A stretch of DNA of 63,622 nt, counting the filler, from Hyphochytrium catenoides (taxonomy: Eukaryota > Protista > Hyphochytriomycota): the NCBI GenBank assembly GCA_900088475.1. It is 10 parts of 10 records of this genome, joined end to end, with 100 filler letters (N's around TTAATTAATTAA, not from the genome) between each part and the next. Parts side by side here need not be neighbours in the genome. Positions count along the whole stretch, not along the records: positions 19,829 to 30,845 come from FLMG01002206.1; positions 30,946 to 39,132 come from FLMG01002595.1; 8 more parts are not named here. One strand, given 5' to 3'. Below the pieces are notes generated by a model. It was not told where the DNA came from. It made no database searches and was given only the letters and a program-made list of their open reading frames with translations. Within the stretch, counting starts at the first letter, position 1. Every line of letters begins with the position of its first letter. Position numbers and translations under genes: made by a program. Positions 25,439-37,506 of the stretch are shown here, piece by piece.

Positions 25439-25698
25439 CCCAACACCCTCTGTTGCGTCTTCTTGGGAGGGTTTGGCTCTCCCAAGCTCCATCGTCGTTG
25501 AGGAGCTTGACAAAAGCAAGTTATTCAGATTATGCAACCCTTTCTCTGGTGTAATAAGAGAAAATATTTGTTCAGATCTGGGATCAAGAGACCATCACTC
25601 ACGTGGGGCTTGTCAGAGAATGGAAAGAGACAGAGGAAGAGATAGAAAGGTAAAACTGATAGGAAGATAGAGTGTGAGATAGGAGAGAGGAGAGAGGA

Positions 25699-25733
<35 letters not shown>

Positions 25734-25777
25734 GCGAGAGAGAGAGAGGAGAGAGAAGAAAGGGGGGGAGAAAGAGG

Positions 25778-25808
<31 letters not shown>

Positions 25809-25968
25809 GGGAGAGAGAGGAAAAGGACTTTGGGCTTCTAATGAGGGGAATCATTGATCTGTCTCTTTCTCTCATCTCATCCATTGCCACAAGCAAACAT
25901 CATACACATTCTGCTGCTCTGGCCTGATAGATCATGTGCCACAAGCCAACATCTAACCACATACAGGG

Positions 25969-26006
<38 letters not shown>

Positions 26007-26480
26007 CATCGACTGAGGGTAACAAAGAGTCAAGAGGAAGAAAGGGATACTGAGATGTGGAAGAAGAAGTGAAGAGCCACAACCAGAGCGAGGATAACAG
26101 AGAGACTGCCATTAATCAACTTCCTGGCGCTTCCGTCAGAGCTTCAAGGCACGTAGCGAGCGCACCCGGCGCAGCATCAGCTGCTGGGAGGAACCCCGGA
26201 GACGGGACTGCTCGCGCCTACCTAAACAGAGAGCGAGCGAGGAAGAAAAGCCAGGGGAGAGAAGGAGAGAAAGAGAAAAAGAAAGAGCACCGGAAGGACA
26301 ATCCAACGTATCTCCCTTAATCACCCCTCCGTCTCCCATTTTCTCTCTCTCACTCTCTCTCTCCCGAAGGCTCATACTCATCAGGAAGAAGAGAATCTAA
26401 AGAGCAAGGAACACTTGGAAGGTCCTGTCCATAGAGTCGCTTTGTCGTCTCTCCTCTCTCTCTCCCCTCTGCCATCTATC

Positions 26481-29197
26481 ATGGTGCCAGAAACCAATAA
26501 CGGGGAACTCTCCGACGTCTGCAGACTGATTCTGAAGCTCGAAGCTCTGGCTGCAGATGGCGGGCCATTGAGAAAGTCGGAGAAGGAAGGCTTTGGCTTT
26601 GTCATCTCAGACTTCAGCACACGGAAGAGGCCAGATGACTGGGTCTATAAGAAGTATAAAGAAGTATGGGAGACTCTCCCTCGAGGCTGCTCCATTGCAA
26701 GAGAGAAGAGAACAGGAAAGAGAGTTGCCTTTCTCTTTGGAGTGCCAAAGTTTTCTACAGAGAAAGACCCGATGCACCAGCCTCTTCTTGGAGAAGAGAA
26801 TGTCAAAGGAGAAGAAGAAGAGAGAGAAGACATCGAGAGTCAGTACATTGTGTTAGAGAAAGAGAACGGAGAATGCTTTCATCTCTCTGCCTTCTCTTTC
26901 CAAGGAGAAGACTATTTCTTCGGAGGATCCAAGCTTTGTCACATTATTGTTAGGAAAGAGAGTGCTCTCTCTGATGCGGAAGAGTGCTATCCAGAGGACC
27001 GCTTCCTCTTTGCTCGGAACATGTTCAAGACGTTCTTTGAGAACACATCTCTCTCTCAAAGAGAGAGAATCTTCTCCTTTCTCTCTGCTTCTGGCCTGAC
27101 GATGACAGGAGAGAGATGCGACCCTCTCTCTCAGCACATTGTCCATTATCCAGCGGCAAGAATCCGATGGTTTGCCCTCAATCGGCCTCACATTATGACA
27201 GGCAACCTTCTCGCCGTGAACCCATTGCAGGCCCTGGAAATCTTTACGGAGCTAGGAGTCGAGGCGCCTGCTCTTTTGGGAGAGAAGATAGAGAGAGAAG
27301 AGTTCGAGGAGATTGTATGGCAGACCTTCGTGAGAGAGAATAGTGAGGGAGGCGTGGCATACGTGGTCCAGAGAAAGAGAGAGAGAGAGAGAGGAACAGG
27401 TGAGGATACAGAGAGAGAAGGCTGGAAGACGAGAAAGATCTTCAAGGTGAAGAACTATGAGTACATCATGCTCAGAGCCACCAGAGAGGTGATGAAGAGA
27501 CCTTCTCCCTCTCTCTCGGACCTTCTCCTCCGGTTTTCTACTATTGAACAAGCGTTTCCTGTCCCGGAGAGAGAGAGAGAGAGAATCAGAGAGAGAATAG
27601 ACGAGTTGAAAGAGAGACTGAAGCTCTTCTTTCTATGGTCCAAGGCACAAGCGTCTCCTCCTGACTCTAATGCCTTTGTCAGCCATTGGTTGAGCTTCAA
27701 TGAGGAGTACAGGGCGAAAGGGGAGAGTCTTTCTCTCTCTCTCCCTTGTCCTCCTTCTCCTTCCTCTCTCTCTCCTCGGCAGCTGGTAGTTATGCTCATA
27801 GGCGCCCCAGGAAGTGGGAAGACAACGCTAGGGAGGAACTTTGTGGCCTCCTCTCTCTCTGCGGGCCTTCGCGCTGTGTATTTGGACCAAGATGAGTGCG
27901 GAGGAGGAGGAAAGAGAGAGTTTCTTCGTCGTTTTCGCTCTCTTTTGGAAGGAGGAGAAGAGGTTGTCGTCCTAGGAAAGAGTCACATTACTCCGCAAAT
28001 GAGAAGAGACACACTGGAGAGTGTAAGCCATCATTCTCCTCCTTTCCGCCTTCTCGTGGTAGAGTGTGGCCCTGAACGCGTAGAAGAGAGAGAAGAGAGA
28101 AGACGAAGCGGAGAGAGAATGAGTGAGGAAGAGAGACAGGCAGCAGAAGAGGAGACATTGCGTCAGTTGATGGAGAGAGTCAGAGAAAGAGGGATCAACC
28201 ACTCTACCCTGAGGTACACGGAGGGAAATGAGATGGTCAGAGGGATCATCCGAAGTTTTCTTAGGGATTTTGTCCCTTGGCGGGAAGAGGAGTACCCTCT
28301 CTTCTCTTCGTACATCCGCATTCCTTTCTCTCTCTCGCCCCTGGAGCAACTTCGCATGCTGCTAGAGAAGGCAGAGCTAGGGCAAGAAAGAGGTGAAGAA
28401 GGTGTCTCTCTCTCTCCTTCTCTGTATGTCCCTCAGGAGAAGTACATCTGTGTGGCCTTCTCGGACTCGTACCCGCTGATCAGAGAGAGAGTGGAGCCCT
28501 TTCTCCTTGGCAAGCAGCTCTGTGGAGAGTTCCATCTCACTCTTTGGTTGCCAGAGAAAGATAATGAGGAGGTAAGAGATGAAGGAGAAATGAGAGGAAG
28601 GAGGGGTGGCAAAGAAAGAGACTGGGTTAAGAGAGAGAGAGAAGAGAGAGAGGATCTGCTGCCTTGCCCCTGTCTGCTTTCTGACATGCCTTCTGGCTTT
28701 TCCATTGCTGGGTCTGAGTTTGAGCCTCTCTCTCTCTCTGTCTCTCTCTCTGTCTCTGTCTCTCTCTCTCTCTGACACGCACACACGCACACAGACACTC
28801 TCTCTCTCTCTGGCTCTTTTTATATGTTGCTAACTTCTTTCTCTTCCCCTTGGAGTTTCTCTCTGACACTTTCTCTCTCTCTTGCGCTCTCCTCTTCTCT
28901 CTCTTTTTCTCTCTAAAACCCTGTCTCCCTGTACTTCAGGTCTACCACGAGGTGAAGGCACAGGTGGGAGAGAAAGTGACAATCTTCACGTCTTCCCTCT
29001 GCTGGAATGAGTCAAACCTCGCCTTCTCAGCCATTCTCCCTTCCTCTCTCCCCTCCGTTAACTCGGTCCCTCATATCACCGTCGCTGTAAAGAGAGGAGG
29101 AAGAGCCGCAGAGAGCAATCAGATGCTGGAGATGCCACATTCTTCTCTCCCTTTCTACCTCGAACTTGAAGGGACAGTCACAGTTGTCTCATACTGA
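26481..29197 (+). CDS. Trl1-like trifunctional RNA repair enzyme: Rnl1-type RNA ligase + P-loop polynucleotide kinase + 2H cyclic phosphodiesterase (exons 26481-28571 and 28940-29197, ~782 aa)
   Basis: Ligase motifs: LPRG..PKF, motif I EKENG, FFGGSK, TGERCDP..QHIVHY, motif IV EGGV, motif V FKVKN. Kinase: GAPGSGKTT, LDQDE, RVRERGINHSTL. 2H motifs HLTL and HITVA lie either side of a phase-0 GTAAG...TTCAG intron (28572-28939). Confidence 0.82.
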
Positions 29198-29220
29198 AGA
29201 AGCAGGGAGAGGGGGAGAAA

Positions 29221-29254
<34 letters not shown>

Positions 29255-31394
29255 TGGGCTAATGTTTCCAATCTCTTCTTTTTTTTTCTCTTTGTTAGAA
29301 TACGTTTGAATAGCTCTTCTAACTGTTTATTTATTTGCGGATACTGCCGCCTCCCTTCACTCTGCCTTTCTCTCCTGTTGCGCCCTACTGAGAGAATTAG
29401 ACTCTATTTGGCAGTACAGTCTCTCTTACTTTTCTCTCTCTCTCTCTCGTATTGGCGGATAATTCAAAGTCTCCTCTCGCTTTTTTCTCTTCCAATCTTC
29501 TGGCTCTCACCTTTCCTATCGGTCTATCCTTCACTTTAAAATAGATATGCGAGAGCTTATCTCTTCTAAGAGGGTAGGAGGCTCATCTTCTCTCTCTTTT
29601 CCTCTCTCTCTCTCATTCTCTCTCCCTCGCTTTCTCTCTTTAGCCCTCGCCTCGCTACTATCTCACCATGCCGCTGACAGCTCCTACGTGCTAGCTCCGC
29701 AATAAAGAGAAGAGCTTGTCCATCTCTTCAATCTGAAGATTATTATTTGAGAGACGAACAGAATGCATAAGGGAGAAAGAGATCAGCAAAAGAAGAGAGA
29801 GACGAGCTCCAGCAACGTCGTTCCTTTGACAGACAAAGGAGATCGGATGATAGGAGCAACTGTCAGATTAATGATGATAGAGGAGAAAGAAGACAGTTCG
29901 TGGCAAGACAGAGAAGAGAGAGAGAGATGGAAAGGGGGAGAGAGGCAACAAGAAGAGAGAGAAGAGAGAGGACAGGAAGAGGAGAAGACAGAGCAGGGCT
30001 CTTCTCGGTCTGTAGACCACTAAAGAAGAGACACCGACTATCGCCTTGCCGAGAGAGGAGAGAGTCGAAAGAATATTGGAGGAAAGGAAGACGCGGAAAG
30101 AAAGGTCGGGACTATATTAGGGTGAGTGCTTAAGTTTCAGGGTCCACGCGCTTTCCCTTCTCTCTCTNNNNNNNNNNNNNNNNNNNNNNNNNNNNNNNNN
30201 NNNNNNNNNNNNNNNNNNNNNNNNNNTCTCCGTCTTCCTCTCTCTCATACCGTCGCTCTCTCACTGCCGACTGTTATCTTTTTATCTTTCTCTTCTCTCT
30301 TTCTGCTGTTTTCATAACTTCCTTCCATCTCTCTCTCCTCCTAGACAGCGGACAAGGCTATGATGAGCTATGAAAGATCGATCATCAAGAAAGACTTGCA
30401 CCTCTTTCTGGTGGGAAGCGGAGGCCGAGGCCGACGAGGAGAGGAGAAACGCCAGCTAACGCTCAGGACACGCAAGGTTCTGAGGAGAGAGAGAGAGGGG
30501 AGAAGAGTGAGATGCGACTTGCGAAGAGTGACATTAAGATAATGAGCAGGTTCCCATCATCATCAATCAGAAGAAGGATGACGTTTTCTTCTTTCTGCAT
30601 TGCTCTCTTCTTTCTCCATTGCTCTCTTCATTCTTCTCTCTTCGTCTCTTCCGCTGTCATTATCGGTTACTCTGTCTATTGCACCTGCACCTAGAAACTT
30701 CGTGTCCGCCTGAGAAGAGAGATGGGGCCCCTGAGTCCACGTCCGCTGTCCACTGTCAAATCTTGTGACCACGAGGTCATGCTCAAAAGAGACGTGCAAC
30801 CTCCTTTGGCCCTTATTTGTTCGCTCTCCCCTCTCTCTCTCTCTCNNNNNNNNNNNNNNNNNNNNNNNNNNNNNNNNNNNNNNNNNNNNTTAATTAATTA
30901 ANNNNNNNNNNNNNNNNNNNNNNNNNNNNNNNNNNNNNNNNNNNNAGAGAGAGAGAGAGGAACGCCATGGTCGCTTGGCTAAAAGTAGAGGAATCAAGGT
31001 ACATTATCAAAGGCGACCGGGGTTCTTTCTTTTCGAATCATGTGGAGAAAGAAGGATGTGATCATTGGATTATTGCTTCTTCTGTCTCCATCTGCGTTTC
31101 TCTCTCTCTCTCTGTTGTCTCTTTCTCCCTCTCTCTTTCACTTCACTCTCTCGCTCATCTCGTCCCTCTCAAAGTTCTACCATGATGGGGATTTATTATA
31201 CGAAGGAGGAGGAAGGTTTCTTCCCCATCTAGCGTTCCTCGTCGCTCTCCTGGTCTCTCTTCTCTCTGTTTATCTCTCTCTCCTCCCTTATTCTCAGAGT
31301 ATGTTCATACGTTTAATGAGGAGGAGGATCTGCCTCTACTTCTCTCTCTCTCTCTCTCTCTCTTCTCGCCTTCCTCAGAGACTGACTTGCAGAA

Positions 31395-32183
31395 CTAGGA
31401 AGAAGGAGGAAAAGGGAGAAGTTCTCCAAAGCTGTACTCTCTCTCTACCCGACAAACCCTAACATTATACCCCGAGTACCAGCTCTTTCTCCCTTTCTTT
31501 TGCGCCTCTTGGTGTTCTCTCTCTCTCTTCCACTGTCTCACACTCTCCAGGTCTCTCCAGTAAGAAACAGTGATCCCCAGCCCATCTTCTCCTCTCGCAC
31601 TTTCCCATCCCAAGAATCCACTCTCTCTCTCCACGAGCTCTATCATTCTCTCAGACATCTTCCCGTATCCATCCTCCTCCTCTTCTTTCTCTCCTCTTTT
31701 CTCTCTCTCTCTCTCTTCTTCTTCATCCTCTTCTCTCCTCTCTCTCTTGCTCTGGGGGTTAGGTTTGCCATTCTCTTTCTCTCCTTTCTCTACTGGTTCT
31801 CTCTCTTCCTCTTCTTGATGATCGGTGATCGAGAGAGGGAGAGAGAGAGAAAGAGGAGGTTGTCGCCGCCGGGTAGAGGTAAAGATGACGGCATAATATG
31901 GGGGAGAGGGCCTATGGCCTCGCTCTCTCTCTCTCGTCTCTCCTTCTTGTCTTTCTTCTTCCTCGTTGTCTTCTGTCTTCTCTCTCTGCGTTGGGCGATT
32001 CTCCTCTTCTTCTTCTTCTTCTTTCTTCTTTCTCTCTCTTCTTGCTCCTGCTTCTTCTTCTTCTTGATCTTCCAACAGAGGCTGATGACGTTCTTCTTCT
32101 TCTTCTTTTGGAGGCGCTCCTTCTTCTTCTCTTCTTTTTGCCATCCGTCCCGCCTTGAAGTCTTTCTTATAATAGAAGGGCAT
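31395..32183 (-). CDS. Antibiotic biosynthesis monooxygenase (ABM) family protein, bacterial YqjZ-like, intronless, with low-complexity extensions
   Basis: PPYYAVIFTSTR...DGYGKMSERMIELVERESGFLGWESARGEDGLGITVSYWRDLESVRQWKREREHQEAQKKGRKSWYSGYNVRVCRVEREYSF fits the bacterial ABM subfamily pattern. The start codon is uncertain. Confidence 0.85.
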   Translation of the reverse strand: MPFYYKKDFKAGRMAKRREEEGAPPKEEEEERHQPLLEDQEEEEAGARRERKKKEEEEEEENRPTQREKTEDNEEEERQEGETRERERGHRPSPPYYAVIFTSTRRRQPPLSLSLPLSITDHQEEEEREPVEKGEKENGKPNPQSKRERREEDEEEEREREKRGEKEEEEDGYGKMSERMIELVERESGFLGWESARGEDGLGITVSYWRDLESVRQWKREREHQEAQKKGRKSWYSGYNVRVCRVEREYSFGELLPFPPSS

Positions 32184-32433
32184 CTCTTCTTCAATCTCTC
32201 TCTTTCTCTCTCTCTTTCCTCCGCCTTGCTTCCTCTTGCTGCAACGAAGAGCTAGGGAGAGTGGGGGCAAATGATAGAAGAGAGAAGAAGAAGGAAAAGA
32301 GATGTCACTGAATGTAGAATTGACAAGCCTTTCTTCTTCTCTCTTTCTCTCTCTGAACTAGTGCGCCAGTGCCGCCTACGTTGCTTCTTCGGCTTGGCTC
32401 TGAGCTGATGGTGGGAGACTTGGCAACTGATTG

Positions 32434-32490
<57 letters not shown>

Positions 32491-34161
32491 TTCTCTCTCT
32501 CCTCTTGCCCAGCATCTTCCTCCTCTGTCTCTCCTCCTTTCCCCCTCTGCTACAGCCAACCCAAAATCTGCCATTTTCTGCATTGTTCTGTTGCTTCCTG
32601 TCTCTCTGAATGTTGGTCATCCCTCTGTTCTTATTACATTCTCTACTTGCTCTTTCTCCCTCCTTGTCTCTCTTTCTCTCTCTCGCGCGCGCAGAACCGG
32701 GGAGTTCTTTCTCACTCTCTCTCTCTCTCTCTCGTTTCAATCACTTTCTCTCCCTCTTTCTCTGTCTTTCTCTCTCTGTCTCTCTCTCTTTCTCCCTCTC
32801 CTTGGTGGAAAGTTTCGTGACTATAAACTTCATTTCAAATTGGTATTTTTGACTAGAAACAATGCAAATAATCGTTCTTTTGGAAAGTTTGACAAAATCC
32901 CACTCAGAACTTTCTGCCTGGCAAAGAGCTCACAAGTCAACAAGGGCAAGAGAAAGGAGAGACAATGAGAGAGAGAGAGAGAAAGAGACAGTAGGAGAGA
33001 TTTGAACAAGAGACAATCTTTGGAGAACAGAAAGAGATTGTGATGCCTGTTAACGCAACCAGACACTTCTCTTCTCCTCACCTCCCTCATCACCAAGGAC
33101 CTGGCCCATCAGGCCGCCCAACCAACTTTTTTGCAAAGAGCCAGCGACAGAAGAGAGCGATGGATGTCTCTTTTATAAGTAGAATTACACAGAAAAAGGC
33201 GATGATCTCTGAGCACGAGGACAGGCGATGATGATCTCCGTCCAAACGCAATGATCTCTTCTTCTGGGGCGCTGAGCGCGAGAAAGGCAATAAATCTCTG
33301 CCATCAATTCTCTTTATTAAGAGCAATCCCATGCTTGCTTCTTGGAAGTTTAAGAAAGGCAATGATCTCTGTCATAGAATCTTCATAAAGAGCTATTATT
33401 ACGGGCATGCTGCCTCGTGAGCAGCAGCGGGAGGAAAGGAAGCAATAGTCTCTCTGTCTTGGAACTTCTTTGCCGACAAAGTCTTTCTATCCGCTGTCCT
33501 CTTCTCTTTTCTCTCCATGAGACGAGAGAAAATGCTGGTTCTCAGAGAACTCTTAGTAGTAGGTTGCCCGCTCAATGCTCTCTTTCTCAGTTCTGTGTCA
33601 AACCCTACAACCGCTAACATGTTGGCATCATCATCTTCGTATCACTTTCCTTTCTTTGCAGAACACGTCTCCTTTGCTTTAGGCCTACTACGAATTACTC
33701 CTTGTCAGCTTCCTCTCTCTTTCTGTCTCTCTCTCGAGCGAATTCTTTCTCTCTCTCCTCTCTCTCCCTCGTGCACTTTCTCTCTCCCTCTCTTTTGCTT
33801 TCTACCTACTACGAGCTACCACTTGTCAGCTGCCTCTCTCTTTCTGTCTCTCTCTCTCTCTCCATTCGTTGCGCCTTCTCTCCAGGCCTCAGAAGCTAAA
33901 TCGAAGTGATAAGAGTCTTACCTAATGTACAGTCTATTATGATACGTGTTTGGTTCTTGTAGAGAGAGGCGAGGCCCGATCTATAGCTGCTGCCCTCGCC
34001 CTTGATAATAAATAAATAAAATTGATAAATAAAGTGACGCTGCGTCTTTCTTTTCTTGCGTTCTCTTTTGCATCCTCTCTTTCTCGTTCTCATTCTCTCC
34101 TACTCCTATAGGATACTCTAAGATATTGGTCCTACGTGCTCTCTCTCTCTATATATATATT

Positions 34162-34192
<31 letters not shown>

Positions 34193-34223
34193 ACCTCTAT
34201 TTTCCCGGCTGCCTAATGTCTAT

Positions 34224-34844
34224 CTAGAGACAGTGTGTTCGCTGGAAGACCAGCATTGATCTCTGCATGCGTCTGCGCTGTCTCAGTTGCTTGCTAGTCC
34301 GTTGTTCATCTTCAGCTGATAACCTTAGACCCGAGGGAGAGAGATAAAGAGAGAGAGAGGTAGATTCTTCTCTCAGCTCGTCCAAGAGAGGAACAAACCC
34401 GCTTCTACGGTACGATCGCTTTACTTGGTCAGAGATACGCTCTAAGCGCTCCTCTTGAGCTTCAGCCAGGATAAACTTGTCTCTCTCTTCAATTTCCTTT
34501 TCAATCCTTCGCTGATGCCTAAGCAGCTTCTTTTGGAGGCGATACTTGTTCCACTCTTTGAGTCCACTCAGAAGAGAGGAAGACGCGCAAAGAATGTTTT
34601 CTTCTGTCATCTCGTCCTCTTCTTGTTCGGGATCATGGTTAGGCTTCTCCAAGGAAGATGTGAGTTCCTGGCTTGACTGCTTCTTGAGGAAGAGTCTATC
34701 GAGCGCCTGAGACTCCATTGTTGCGGGAGGAGAGAGAGAAAGAGGAGTGAAGAAAGAGTCTTCTTTACTTCTCTCTTTTCTCAGCTCTGGTGAGTGAGGA
34801 AAGATATCCGTTGGGGGCGTTGTGAAGGGAACTATTACGGTCAT
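34224..34844 (-). CDS. Hypothetical protein (coiled-coil-like), possibly the terminal exon of a larger gene
   Basis: 206-codon ORF with non-microsatellite, protein-like composition. No motif recognised. Confidence 0.4.
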   Translation of the reverse strand: MTVIVPFTTPPTDIFPHSPELRKERSKEDSFFTPLSLSPPATMESQALDRLFLKKQSSQELTSSLEKPNHDPEQEEDEMTEENILCASSSLLSGLKEWNKYRLQKKLLRHQRRIEKEIEERDKFILAEAQEERLERISDQVKRSYRRSGFVPLLDELREESTSLSLYLSPSGLRLSAEDEQRTSKQLRQRRRMQRSMLVFQRTHCL

Positions 34845-35349
34845 TCTTCTCTGTTGTTGGAGTTCTGTTGGAGGTGCACTTGTTGAGAAGAGAGAAAGTT
34901 GGGAACTGAACAGCTGTGCGGGTGCTGAAACAGAGCTCTCTCTCTCTCTCCCTCTCTCCCCCTCCCAGCGTCTGTCTCTCTCTCCTGCTCCTCAGCTGTG
35001 GCGTCCAGGGAAGTGCAATCCATCAACATCTGAAGAGAAGACACAGACTGGAAAGAGACGCGCCATGTTTGTAGACAGAGTGTCCTTTTCACCTACCTTC
35101 ATCTAATATTGGACGCTATACAGATACCCAATTATGTAAGACAGAGAGTAGAGAGATATTGTGAGGTGTGCGACCAGCAAAGAGATTCGAGAATCTTTGC
35201 GATGGTGTGATTCGCCAGCGACCTTCACTCTCGACCCTTCGCTTTGGGTTCTATTCGATATACAGTCCAAGAAATGTCAAATTACTCTGTATTATCAAGC
35301 CACTTATATAGAATAGCAAAGGGGATGATCTGCCAAACGGTGGCTGCTC

Positions 35350-35394
35350 CTGATTGGTCGAGCTCTTGACTACTCCAAACCCTCTACCAATCAG
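35350..35394. promoter_or_regulatory. Pair of inverted CCAAT boxes
   Basis: CTGATTGGT (35350-35358) and ACCAATCAG (35386-35394) are exact reverse complements matching the NF-Y CCAATCAG core. They lie in a microsatellite-free intergenic stretch upstream of the 34.2-35.1 kb minus-strand ORFs. Confidence 0.35.
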
Positions 35395-35873
35395 ATTTCT
35401 ATGGAGGATGGGTGGGCAGCCGTCCCCGTATAGAAAAGGAGGGTGAGACAGAGCAGATTGGAGCCTTCAGAGAACACTCCAGGAATCCTCTGAGAGAGGA
35501 GGGAAAAATGCCAACGGTCAAGCGCCTCAGACCAACCATTCCTTCCCTCATCCCAGCGGCATCAAATATTCCTAATGCGTAGCATCAGCATCCACTGCAT
35601 TCTAAACCAGTACGTCATTATTTTTTATTGAGAGGGTAGATCATAGAAGTGAACCCTTTTGACCAAAAAGATTCCATTCGGTTGCATCAAAGCGTCTACA
35701 GTCAGATTCTGTAAAGAACATTTCCGAGAAGTGCGGATTTGGTATGATAGCACTTTAGATTCGAAATGTGGTTCGGACAATATTTCCTTACGAGTAGCAG
35801 TTGCCTTTAGAGGTTCTGTATACCTCCTCCTACCCTCTCTGCTCATGTTCCTACCCTCCACTGACAGTCAACA

Positions 35874-35928
<55 letters not shown>

Positions 35929-37467
35929 GCTCTCTATTTTCTCTGATTTTCTACCCTCGTCTTTCCTCTGTCCTTGCTGATCGCACTCTTTGTAGAGCCC
36001 ACTCTCTTCGACTCTTCTTCTACCTCTAACCTCGCTCTTTCTAGGTCTAGTCTTTTGTCCGCCGCCGTCTCCCTCTGACGAGCTAGTGCACTATGGTGGC
36101 GCAACAAAGGGTTTAGGTGATGTCTGATGTCCAAATCCATCAATCTAACAATATCTCTGTCTCCCTCTCTCTGCCTCTCTCTCTCTCTGTGTCTCTCTCC
36201 TCTCTGTCTCTCTCCAATCTCTCTTCCGTCTTTTCCGTCTCTCCTTCTTCTGTGTGTCCAATACCCAGACTTCCGACTGCTCTCTTAACTGCCAGAAATT
36301 TTAACAGGCAATGACCAAGCAAGCAACACATAGATCTGTTTGCGTCTCGCGTCTCTCTTCTCTTTGTCCTTATTCCACTCGCTTTCTCCTACAATAGGTT
36401 TTCGCTCTTCTTCTCCCTTCTTCTCTCTCATGATCAGCGTTGAATGATGGAGGTGGAGACCCATCATCAGTTGTGAATGACCAAAACCAAAAGTATAGCT
36501 GAAGCTTTATTGACCATCATTCCACCACTCGCATCTCTTGCAACATCTGTCACGACGAACGTATTCCTCTAACGAGGATTTCTTGTATCTCCTTCCGCTC
36601 TGTCTCCTGTGTCCTCTCACTTGAGGAGGCCCATCATCACTCATGACGGAGAGTCGGAGGGTAAAGAAGGGCAAGGGCCACCGGCCAGAACGAGCCACAA
36701 GGGAAAAAGCAAGGGTACAAAAAGAGAGAGAGAGAGAGAGAGAGAGNNNNNNNNNNNNNNNNNNNNNNNNNNNNNNNNAGAGAGAGAGAGAGAGAAAGAG
36801 AGATAGTGAGAGAGAGAGAAAAGGGAGAGTGTTGGTCTCTTCACTCTTGTCTTACATACATAGAGCAGATGGCGTCGTAACAAAATCATAGATGGCGGAA
36901 CATTATAATAGATAATGGCTGACCTTGAAGTTTCTCATGGCATCGGCCAACCTTCATCATCAACTCTCTCTCTCTCTCTCTTCTCTCTCTCTTCATCTCT
37001 CTTCTAGTGGTGTCTATCTCCTTTCATCTCTCTCCCTTTTAGTGTCACCCTCCTCCTTCCCTTTGTCAAACATCTTCTTCTACACCCACCCGCGTCATAA
37101 GGGAGAAGAGGGAAGAAAGAGAGAGACAACAGGAGCTAGCCTTGAAAGAGGAATGTTTGTCTTCATATCTTTCTTCTTCCTCTTGGCGGGAGTTTCTGCT
37201 ATCCCTTTCTCCCTCGCCAACCAACCACCACCACGAGACATTAGCTCTACTTCTTTGGCCGTTTCAAGTGGGCAGGAAGCGTCATAAGAGAGGAGATAGA
37301 AACAGGAAGAGAGAGAGAGAGCGAGAGAGAGAGAGAGAAGAAGGAAGATATAAAGGAGAGAAACAACAACCCTTTGTGATGCTCCCTTGTTCAAAGTGTT
37401 GGATCCTGTTTCTTCTGGCTGCCAGAAGAGGGAGAGAACCCCCAAGACTCTCCCAACGCTTCGTTTC

Positions 37468-37506
<39 letters not shown>

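Noticed and set aside
24600-26400. Possible spliced gene next to the RNA ligase
   Set aside because: Unique-sequence islands exist between the microsatellites, but I could not build a consistent reading frame or recognise a motif.
33224-33280. Possible C/D snoRNA (ATGATGA...CTGA)
   Set aside because: It is only ~50 nt with a weak terminal stem, and I recognised no rRNA-complementary guide.
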